A DNA stretch of 64,000 bases, from NCBI GenBank assembly GCA_038202695.1, contig JBBRET010000011.1, positions 6,544-70,543 of the forward strand. The letters are read 5' to 3'. The stretch comes from Flavobacteriales bacterium. GTDB taxonomy: Bacteria > Bacteroidota > Bacteroidia > Flavobacteriales > Flavobacteriaceae. The notes beneath the pieces are model-generated. The model saw nothing but the letters and a program-made list of their open reading frames with translations. It was not told where the DNA came from and ran no database searches. This document shows, one piece after another, positions 9,979 to 17,791 of the stretch. The translations under genes were made by a program, and so were the position numbers. The first letter of the stretch is position 1; every line of letters starts with the position of its first letter.

Positions 9979-10378
9979 TTGCTTTTCCTTCTAATAAAAT
10001 ATCGGCACCAATTATACCATGAACTGCCTTGGCTTTGTGTTGCTGCAATGCTTCATTTACATGTGTCATATCAAAAATAATCAACTGTAAATCAGTAGTC
10101 TTCCAGCGGCCAATTTGAAGCGAATTGTTCTTTGCTAATTGTGTAAACATTCCTGTAGCTCCAGCTCCAGCAGCTTTGGTTTTTGATTTTCCGGCCTTGA
10201 GATTAAAAAATTCAATGCCTTCAAAACCCACACAACTATTGGAAGCACCAGTATCTAAGATAAAATTCCCCAAAACGCCGTTAATAATAGCTTTAATCAA
10301 TAAATGCTGGGTTTTTGAAACTTTAAAACTAATTTTTTTATACTTTTCTTTTTTGAGAATGTCTTGAAGTTGTTTCAT
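9941..10378 (-). CDS. Retropepsin-like aspartic protease
   Basis: FILDTGAS catalytic motif and GIIGADIL; start placed at ATG 10378 (MKQLQ). Confidence 0.85.
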   Translation of the reverse strand: MKQLQDILKKEKYKKISFKVSKTQHLLIKAIINGVLGNFILDTGASNSCVGFEGIEFFNLKAGKSKTKAAGAGATGMFTQLAKNNSLQIGRWKTTDLQLIIFDMTHVNEALQQHKAKAVHGIIGADILLEGKAIIDYYNHCLYLK

Positions 10379-12950
10379 AAAATTTTCTGTAAAACAAAAA
10401 TAAAGCAATTAGGCAGATACCAATTAAAATATAGAGAAAATAATTGGGGGAAGCTTTCTTTTCTAGTGTACCATAATAGACAAACGAACTCCAATAATAA
10501 GGTGATTTTTTTGCGTTTGGAATTTTATCATCAGCTAAAAAATTAAGTTTAGCTTGATGATTTGCTTCAAAATAGGAATTCCCTTTTTTAATATTTTTAT
10601 AGAAATTCTCCATCACAACAGAAGTAGTATAATCGTTTACTTTCCACAATGAAAAAAGTAAATTTTGAGCTCCAGCAAACTGAAATCCACGGGCAATACT
10701 CATTGAACCCTCAGCTTTGTAAAGTTTTCCAATTCCGGTTTCGCAAGCACTTAAAACAACTAAATCAGGATTTATGTCAAGATTATACAACTCAGAATAC
10801 AAAATTTCTTGATCATAAAACTTGATGCTTGCTGGCTCAATTATGTCTCCCGAAGATGCATGAGTAGAAAGATGTAAAATGGAATAGTTGCCAGCATCTT
10901 TTTTAAAATTTGCAAATGTTGCTTTTTCTGAACTCAAATACTTTCCATCAAAATTGCTTTTTATTGCATCTCTTTCTTTTTTAGAGTAGGTCAATTCTAA
11001 ACTTGATTTTGCAAAAACAGGAAAAATTCCCAATACCGATTCGGTAGTTTTATGAAATGGTTTTTGTTCCAAATAAAACGAAGCAGCATTTGCATAACCA
11101 ATAGCATAATCATTAATCAAATAATGCATTTTGCCGAAATTAGTAGTAGAACTTCTCTCTGTGATCAAAGCCTCAAATGGCAGCATTGTCATCAAGCCAT
11201 CCGGAACGATAATGAGGTTTTTGTGATTGTTTTTTTTTGGTAATTTCAACACTTGATATGCAACATTTGAAAAAGTATTAAACGCAATTGGATTGTTAGA
11301 AATAGTAGTGGCATTATTAAAAAAATCAATAAACTGTACAATTTTTAGGGTCGCTGTATCGGTGTTGTTTACGGACTCTATTTTTATAGTTGAGTTTTCA
11401 ATAGTGAAAACGAAAAATTGTTCTTTACCGAAAAAATACTCTACAAACACAGCATTGTCTTTTTCTAATTTAGTATACAATTTACTTATTTCTACTTTCT
11501 TTTCAAATATTTTTGCCTCTTTAGATTTCAATAACAACATCAACTCATTTTGTTTTCTAATCGCTTCATTAATAATTGAAATATCCGCATTACCGAGGTT
11601 TTTTTGTTCTTTAATAATAGCAGTATTCCACTTTTGAAGTTGCACAATTATCAGTTTCTCATCTTTAGTTTGTGTTTTTGAATTGATTACACTTTGCTTC
11701 AAAATACCCGATTTTGTGGCTTCAGCGAGTTCGAATGCATTTTCAATATAAATTACATTCTTCTCTTTTTTATACAGGCTATAGTTAATAGAGATACATG
11801 CTTCTGTCCGATTTCGATTTCGAATTTGGTTAATTAATTTTGAATTTTCATACACCAATAGTGATTGAAATAAGTTTTCAATATGAAATGCAAGTTGATA
11901 ACTTTCTAAGGATTTTAGTGGTTGATTTTGGACTAAAAACAATTTAGCCTGCAAGTCTAAGGCATCCAATAAAACAGTCTCTGCATACAATTGATTTTTG
12001 TTGGGAAGAATTGTTTTTGCTTTTGAATAATTTGGAATTAAGATTTTAAAAACAGACTGTATAGTGATTTGAGTTTCTTCAAAATTTCTTTGTTGATAAT
12101 TCAGCTGAGCAATATCAATGTACAACTGCGCTTGTTTTCTGGGCTCAATAGTAGGTTGGCTGATGAAAATTTTCGAAGCTTTCTCCATATTAGAATTTGC
12201 CAAATCAAAATTTTGTTGTTGACTGTAAATTTTAGCTAAATTCCGATAAGCATTTGACAAAGTTTCCGATTGTTTTTTGTCGTTTTTTAATAAAGAAATT
12301 GAAGATAAAAAACATTTTTCTGCTAATTGAAAAGGATTGTCTTTTCTTGGCAAACCATTTCCTAACAACATATAATTTGCCCCTAAATTATTAAGTAAAA
12401 TTCCTTTTTGAATAGAAGTTAGTTTATCCCTTTTAACCGTTTTTTCTAGTAAAGTAATTGCTTCATTAACTCGTCCTGTGTTTTGATATACATTTGATAA
12501 ATTCAATACTGCAGCATATTTTTGTTGCTCGTTGTCTTCGATATTTGCGATGTAAAAATATTGCTTTATGGTATTTTCGGCACTGTCATAATCACCTATA
12601 ATCGTGTATAAATTTCCCAATGGTTGTAAACACGATTCAACGATAGTATAATTTTCTAACTCATTCTTTTGAAATAATTGCCACGCTTTTTCGTAACTTT
12701 TAATTGCTTTTTGAACATTTCCGAATTGATTTTGATAGTACGCTTTATTACAATTTAAAATTACAAGCGCCAGAAATTCTGATTTTGATTTAGGGGAAAT
12801 GTTTTTCTCAAATGTTTCTAATCGTTGTAAACTTTCCTCATTTGGGTGCGCAACAAAAGCATCAATAGAAGTATAAATTTTATCTTCCAAAGAATTACTT
12901 TGAGAAAAAGAAACAGTTGTAAAAAGGAAAAGGAGTAGAAGTTTATACAT
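10338..12950 (-). CDS. Exported TPR-CHAT (caspase-like) protease with C-terminal membrane anchor
   Basis: Signal peptide from ATG 12950 (MYKLLLLFLFTTVSFS-Q); TPR-like helices; CHAT motifs LIIVPDG, LHLSTHA (His), VLSACETG (Cys), FSLWKVND, SPYYWSSF; C-terminal TM segment NYFLYILIGICLIALFLFY. Confidence 0.9.
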   Translation of the reverse strand: MYKLLLLFLFTTVSFSQSNSLEDKIYTSIDAFVAHPNEESLQRLETFEKNISPKSKSEFLALVILNCNKAYYQNQFGNVQKAIKSYEKAWQLFQKNELENYTIVESCLQPLGNLYTIIGDYDSAENTIKQYFYIANIEDNEQQKYAAVLNLSNVYQNTGRVNEAITLLEKTVKRDKLTSIQKGILLNNLGANYMLLGNGLPRKDNPFQLAEKCFLSSISLLKNDKKQSETLSNAYRNLAKIYSQQQNFDLANSNMEKASKIFISQPTIEPRKQAQLYIDIAQLNYQQRNFEETQITIQSVFKILIPNYSKAKTILPNKNQLYAETVLLDALDLQAKLFLVQNQPLKSLESYQLAFHIENLFQSLLVYENSKLINQIRNRNRTEACISINYSLYKKEKNVIYIENAFELAEATKSGILKQSVINSKTQTKDEKLIIVQLQKWNTAIIKEQKNLGNADISIINEAIRKQNELMLLLKSKEAKIFEKKVEISKLYTKLEKDNAVFVEYFFGKEQFFVFTIENSTIKIESVNNTDTATLKIVQFIDFFNNATTISNNPIAFNTFSNVAYQVLKLPKKNNHKNLIIVPDGLMTMLPFEALITERSSTTNFGKMHYLINDYAIGYANAASFYLEQKPFHKTTESVLGIFPVFAKSSLELTYSKKERDAIKSNFDGKYLSSEKATFANFKKDAGNYSILHLSTHASSGDIIEPASIKFYDQEILYSELYNLDINPDLVVLSACETGIGKLYKAEGSMSIARGFQFAGAQNLLFSLWKVNDYTTSVVMENFYKNIKKGNSYFEANHQAKLNFLADDKIPNAKKSPYYWSSFVYYGTLEKKASPNYFLYILIGICLIALFLFYRKFYETTSRHSQKRKV

Positions 12951-12972
12951 CTTATTTACTTTTACTATGAAA

Positions 12973-14994
12973 TCAAAACTTCCAAATGGCATAAAATTGC
13001 CAATAATTAAAATCTTTTTCAAAGTTTAAATAATAACGGATCCCGAGACTTGGACCAATTCTTGCAAAACCTAAAGTGACGTCTGCAAAAACACTCGACT
13101 GCATTTTTTCGAAAGCATTCGTTTTTGATTTTTCAGAAGTGTCTTCTCGCAATGATGTAATTTCGTTTCCAGGTCTTGGTGGTGTTGTTGCGTCAAAAAT
13201 GGGTTCATAATATCTCTTGCTATTAGCGTTTTCAACGGTTTGACTTAATAACACTGAAAATTGTGGACCAACGCCAACGCCAACAAAATTATTAATGTTG
13301 TATCTAAGCGAAATAGGAACTATTTCAGCGATATTTTTTGTGGTTTTTGAACTCGAAGAAGTTTTGGAAAAGCCTGTGTCAAAAACAGTTCCGTTGTTTA
13401 AAATAATTGGCGGATTAAATTGCGTTTGTTGAAATGCAGTCTCACTTGAAAAACCACTTTCAAAATAGCTGTAATAAAGCTCGGATTGCCAATAGAAACG
13501 ATAGGATTTATAAGGTGAAATAGTTGCTCCTAAAAAATAGCTTTTTGAATTTTCTTGCTCTGAAAAAAGATTATAACCTGCACGAACACCAATAGAAATC
13601 CCTGGTTGGAATTTGGTAACGGCATAATTTGTAATTATAGGCTCATTTTTATCAAAAATAATGGCAGTGCGACTTATGGTTTTTTCTTTGTGAAAGTCTT
13701 TTGCAAATTTCATGGTATACTTTACAAAACCTTTTGTTGAATCACGTTCGGTAACATTTTTTTGATTGCTTCCTGGGACATATATATTTTTAAAGGTGAA
13801 ATGAATTTGTTTGGCTTTGATAATAGTATCGATGCAACTGTAGGTTACCTCTTCGCCTTTTGGGCAAATGGGGCATTTGGGATAACTATCGACAATTTTT
13901 AATGTTTTTTTATCAAACATATTCGGAATATCAGTCTCTAATCGTATCGTTTTTGCTGGACCTTCACCATCATTTTGAAACCTAGTTTTGAAGTTGATGG
14001 TTTTAAATCGTACTAATCGATAATTCATAAATGCCGCATTGCTCGACATTTTATTAGGATCATGTGAGGTTACAATTTCCATTTCAAGTGTTTTTTTTAC
14101 GTGTTTTTTTGAAGATCTATCTGGAATAAAAACGCCACGGATTCTGACTGTTGCCGAAGTGTCTTTTATCATTTGTGGTGTGGTTTTGAATGTAAAAAAA
14201 ACATTTCTAGACTCTTTAGAATTCATGCCGTCAAATTCAAAAACCTTAGAATTGCGAAATTGCAATTTACTTTCAGCCAATGTTAAATCTAAATTTTGGT
14301 CTTCTATATTATTTCGTTTTCTGGTGATAAAATAAGGTTCTAGTGAAGCTATATTTTCGTAAATTTCATTTTTGTAATCGACAGTAGCAATTAATTTATC
14401 TTGAATTTCTTTTTCGCCAAAATGAGTTCGAGTTTCTACTAATTTGAAGTTGTCGTTTTTGAATTCTATATCATTAAAAAACAAATACAATTTTCCGTTA
14501 GTTGTATATTCTAATGGGTTTTGGTATCGCAGAACTACTATCATTTCTTCATCGGGCAACGGTTCTCGATTGGCAAGTAGTTGTAAAGAAATAGAGTCGT
14601 TCAAGGTTGCAATATCATCAAGGTTTGTGTCTACAATTTCGTTTATTGCTACTGTTTTTGGTCGAGTGGCAGGAGGTTTTCCGTTGTCATAATTATTGGT
14701 AACACTCAAATTTACTTTAAAATCACCTGGTTTTTTATATTTTTTTTGAGGCGTTACTTTTTTACTAAACGTTCCATCTCCAAATTCCCAAAAAAATGAA
14801 TAATTGGCTTTTGGTGCACCAGCGACTTGATTTAAAGGTGGTGTTTGAGCTAGGAAATTAACGGTGTTCCCTTTTTTATCAAAGTTAATAGTGGCTTTTC
14901 TAGTAATCGTGTCTTTTACTTTGGTTTGACCAATTGTAGTTTCTGTAAATCCGAAAAATAAAACAGTAAATGAGATTAGTACTAAACTCTTCAT
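12973..14994 (-). CDS. PKD domain protein with Ig-like middle domains and a C-terminal beta-barrel-like region
   Basis: Signal peptide; PKD motif FFWEFGDG; SHDPN...RFQNDGEGPA Ig-like motif; C-terminal amphipathic strands ending YAIWKF. Confidence 0.7.
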   Translation of the reverse strand: MKSLVLISFTVLFFGFTETTIGQTKVKDTITRKATINFDKKGNTVNFLAQTPPLNQVAGAPKANYSFFWEFGDGTFSKKVTPQKKYKKPGDFKVNLSVTNNYDNGKPPATRPKTVAINEIVDTNLDDIATLNDSISLQLLANREPLPDEEMIVVLRYQNPLEYTTNGKLYLFFNDIEFKNDNFKLVETRTHFGEKEIQDKLIATVDYKNEIYENIASLEPYFITRKRNNIEDQNLDLTLAESKLQFRNSKVFEFDGMNSKESRNVFFTFKTTPQMIKDTSATVRIRGVFIPDRSSKKHVKKTLEMEIVTSHDPNKMSSNAAFMNYRLVRFKTINFKTRFQNDGEGPAKTIRLETDIPNMFDKKTLKIVDSYPKCPICPKGEEVTYSCIDTIIKAKQIHFTFKNIYVPGSNQKNVTERDSTKGFVKYTMKFAKDFHKEKTISRTAIIFDKNEPIITNYAVTKFQPGISIGVRAGYNLFSEQENSKSYFLGATISPYKSYRFYWQSELYYSYFESGFSSETAFQQTQFNPPIILNNGTVFDTGFSKTSSSSKTTKNIAEIVPISLRYNINNFVGVGVGPQFSVLLSQTVENANSKRYYEPIFDATTPPRPGNEITSLREDTSEKSKTNAFEKMQSSVFADVTLGFARIGPSLGIRYYLNFEKDFNYWQFYAIWKF

Positions 14995-15030
14995 AATCAG
15001 AAATTTTGGTTAGCCTTTATAAAATTAGCA

Positions 15031-15057
15031 AAAAGTGGTGAACAAGTCACCACTTTT
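15031..15057 (-). terminator. Hairpin terminator between the lipoprotein genes and the PKD-CHAT genes
   Basis: AAAAGTGGTGA-ACAAG-TCACCACTTTT perfect 11-bp inverted repeat; T-run on the minus strand. Confidence 0.7.
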
Positions 15058-15083
15058 ATAAAAAACAAACTTAGGTAGGTTAT

Positions 15084-16058
15084 TTACGGTAGGGCATTTA
15101 TAGCTGCTTTCATTTGTGTTTCAGAACCTAAAGTAGTTTCAGCGGTGGTAAAAGTGTAAACTCCATTGGCTGCTATTGTTGCTGATTTAATAGCATATCG
15201 GTATTGACCATTTTCTTCGGTTACAAATATGATGTGACAAGCTAGACCAATTGGAATTTGACCATAATGCTCACTAAAATAGGTTCCGTTAAAAGTGTCT
15301 AGCTTAGCTAATGAACTTCCTTCTCCGTCATAGTGTAAATAAATTGCACTGTTTTGAAAAGTATATCCCGTTGGTGCACCAGCTAAAATTGTAGTTTTTG
15401 GTCTTGGGTCACTATAAAATTTATCTACATTGGTCCATCCAAAATCATTTAGCGTTGCATAATAAGCTGCACCAGCACCTTGTCCTTCGCCAAATACTCC
15501 GCCTTGAGCTCCTGGATTGTCTTGTCTTGTCCAATCTAAGTTTCCGTCTACGTCAATTGCGCCATCCCAAAGAGACATTCCAGTTTGTAATCCGCCAGTA
15601 AGTGAAGCTGGAATGATTAATTGCATCGGGCAAGTAATATCAAGTTGAATGCCACCTTGTTTAGCATTAATGTAAAATTCGCCTCCTGATTTAATCAAAG
15701 TCATATCGCCATTTGGTAATTTTCCCATGGTTGTTTTATCAGTAACAAGCATTGTTCCTGCATCAAATACTTCGGCGTACTCAATATTTACTGTTCCCGT
15801 AACAGGATTTCCGTTTTTTGTCAAACAATTTCCATTGATGGTAAATTGAACGCCATTCGTTGTTGTAAAGGTTGTTTGACCATTTTCAGCAATTAAAGTA
15901 AAGTTTTGAGTGATGTTGTTTAATGCTTCATTTCTTAGTTGATACCATTGTCCAGTACTTGGTCTGTAATCTGGAGTTGAAGAATCGTCTGTACTACAAC
16001 TTGTTAAAGCTAATGAAGCTAAAATGATTAATCCGATGTTTTTTAAATTTGTTTTCAT
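15084..16058 (-). CDS. Hypothetical lipoprotein
   Basis: Lipobox LALTSC; beta-rich body. Confidence 0.75.
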   Translation of the reverse strand: MKTNLKNIGLIILASLALTSCSTDDSSTPDYRPSTGQWYQLRNEALNNITQNFTLIAENGQTTFTTTNGVQFTINGNCLTKNGNPVTGTVNIEYAEVFDAGTMLVTDKTTMGKLPNGDMTLIKSGGEFYINAKQGGIQLDITCPMQLIIPASLTGGLQTGMSLWDGAIDVDGNLDWTRQDNPGAQGGVFGEGQGAGAAYYATLNDFGWTNVDKFYSDPRPKTTILAGAPTGYTFQNSAIYLHYDGEGSSLAKLDTFNGTYFSEHYGQIPIGLACHIIFVTEENGQYRYAIKSATIAANGVYTFTTAETTLGSETQMKAAINALP

Positions 16059-16133
16059 GTGTTCTAATGTTTTAATTGTTTTTATTTTTTTATTTAATTC
16101 GGTACTAGTTAGGTAGACTTGGGGTTTTTATTT

Positions 16134-16574
16134 TTAGAAGTAAAATACGCTAGGATTGCTAGTTACGCCAGTTGTCCCATTTGCATTTACTATTTCAACA
16201 GACCAGATAAAATTACACATATAAGGAGGTTTACAAGGTCCAGTAGGCTCACCTGCGATTGTGGTTTCAGTTAAATTGTCTACATCTTTTGTTATTATTG
16301 GTGCGTTTAATCTCATTGCTTGAGTGCCATTTTGTCCTTGCATTAGTTGCCATACTTTCAATCTGTAGGTTACATTAGTTCTTGGTTGTGGTACAACAGG
16401 TGTCCATCTAAAATTGATAGGTTGTGCAGCTTCATCTGCAGAAAATGATTTGCCGTTTGTTGGTGACACATTTTCAATTTTAGCAGTTGTTGTAGTTACT
16501 TCATCTTTAGTACAGCTTGTTAAAGCAATTGCTGTTAAAAATAATAATCCGATTTTTTTAATTGTAGTTTTCAT
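16134..16574 (-). CDS. Hypothetical small lipoprotein (single Ig/FN3-like domain)
   Basis: Lipobox IALTSC; FRWTPV...YRLKVWQ...IWSVE strand pattern; Cys pair CKPPYMC. Confidence 0.7.
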   Translation of the reverse strand: MKTTIKKIGLLFLTAIALTSCTKDEVTTTTAKIENVSPTNGKSFSADEAAQPINFRWTPVVPQPRTNVTYRLKVWQLMQGQNGTQAMRLNAPIITKDVDNLTETTIAGEPTGPCKPPYMCNFIWSVEIVNANGTTGVTSNPSVFYF

Positions 16575-16621
16575 GATTTCTAAGTTTTTATAGTTGTTAA
16601 ATTTTTTGTTTTATATAGTTA
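16567..16621 (-). repeat. Duplicated 5' leader, copy 1
   Basis: 55 bp identical to 16984-17037 except for one extra T in a homopolymer. Confidence 0.95.
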
Positions 16622-16649
16622 TATTAAGTTAGGGTTGATTTTGTTACCT
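16622..16649 (-). promoter_or_regulatory. Putative ECF-sigma promoter GGTAAC-N16-TAATAT
   Basis: Same motif and spacing at 17037-17064 and 17133-17160. Confidence 0.6.
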
Positions 16650-16661
16650 ATGTTTTTGAAT

Positions 16662-16991
16662 TTATACTTTTTTATTTGCTTTTATATCATACTTTGCTCT
16701 AAAAGGTTTACCACTTTTTACAAGATTTTTAGGTGGAAAAGGATTTCCATCATCTTGACCATTTGGTCTTGTAGTTCTTTCATTAGTTTGGTTGCTTTTG
16801 GTTCTAGTTTTTAATCCATCCTGTTCTACAGGTTCTGATTTAACCACGGTTTCAACTTGAGTTGTTTGAGTTTGCGCAACTCCTACCGTTTGGTTTTCTT
16901 CTTGAGCAAAACCAACTGTTGTTGCTAATACTAAAAGAAGGTAAAATTTACTAATTGTGTTTTTTTCTGTGTTTTGTTTTACTGTTTTCAT
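16662..16991 (-). CDS. Small exported low-complexity protein / putative peptide precursor
   Basis: Signal peptide ending GFA-Q; 109 aa, polar, apparently unstructured mature part. Confidence 0.65.
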   Translation of the reverse strand: MKTVKQNTEKNTISKFYLLLVLATTVGFAQEENQTVGVAQTQTTQVETVVKSEPVEQDGLKTRTKSNQTNERTTRPNGQDDGNPFPPKNLVKSGKPFRAKYDIKANKKV

Positions 16992-17037
16992 GATTTCTAA
17001 GTTTTTATAGTTGTTAAATTTTTGTTTTATATAGTTA
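16984..17037 (-). repeat. Duplicated 5' leader, copy 2
   Basis: 54-bp direct repeat of 16567-16621, including the ATGAAAAC start. Confidence 0.95.
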
Positions 17038-17064
17038 TATCAATTCGTGTTGTAATTTGTTACC
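17037..17064 (-). promoter_or_regulatory. Putative ECF-sigma promoter GGTAAC-N16-TGATAT
   Basis: Minus strand reads GGGTAACAAATTACAACACGAATTGATATAAC. Confidence 0.6.
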
Positions 17065-17132
17065 CTTAAATTTGATTTTATTTCAAATTCTTTTTTTTCA
17101 ATTTCAACCTTTACTGAAGAACTTACATTGAT

Positions 17133-17160
17133 ATATAAATTGTGTTACCCATTTGTTACC
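17133..17160 (-). promoter_or_regulatory. Putative ECF-sigma promoter GGTAAC-N16-TTATAT, with a second GGGTAAC 11 bp away
   Basis: Minus strand reads GGGGTAACAAATGGGTAACACAATTTATATATC. Confidence 0.5.
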
Positions 17161-17205
17161 CCATTTCTATATTTATTTTTAAATTAGCCCATAAATAAGG
17201 TAGTT

Positions 17206-17787
17206 ATGGCAGAAAAAAGCGCACATCCAGATCAAATCTATATTGATGGATTAGTTCAAAACAATTCCGGTATCATACAATCTATATATAAGAAGTTCGC
17301 GCCTAAAGTGAAGAATTACATCCGCACAAACAGTGGAGATGACGATCAGGCACAAGATGTTATTCAGGAAGTATTAATTACAATATATGATCAAGCTAAA
17401 ACTAAAGGGTTGCAATTAACATGTCCATTTGACGCTTACTTTTTTCTATTGTGTAAAAGGCGTTGGTTAAACGAAATCAAAAAATCTTCCAATAAAGAGG
17501 TAACATTACAGGATGAAAATGTATCTATAGATGAATCTGTTCAAGAAATGGCATTCCAAACCGAAGCTTTTGACGAAAAACAATCCTTATTTGATGAGAT
17601 GTTTCAAAAATTAGGCGATAAGTGTCAAGAAGTACTCAAACTTAGTTTTGTCACCAAAACGATGGAAGAGGTTGCTGCCAAATTGAACGTAACTTATGCT
17701 TATGTGAGAAAGAAAAAATCACTTTGCACAGGTCAGTTGACAGAATTAATTCAACAATCTAATCGATACAACCTATTAAAACAGTAA
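17206..17787 (+). CDS. ECF-type RNA polymerase sigma-70 factor
   Basis: 193 aa with only region 2 (AQDVIQEV...RRWLNEIK) and region 4 (LGDKCQEVL...TMEEVAAKLNV). Confidence 0.9.
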   Translation: MAEKSAHPDQIYIDGLVQNNSGIIQSIYKKFAPKVKNYIRTNSGDDDQAQDVIQEVLITIYDQAKTKGLQLTCPFDAYFFLLCKRRWLNEIKKSSNKEVTLQDENVSIDESVQEMAFQTEAFDEKQSLFDEMFQKLGDKCQEVLKLSFVTKTMEEVAAKLNVTYAYVRKKKSLCTGQLTELIQQSNRYNLLKQ

Positions 17788-17791
17788 AGTC

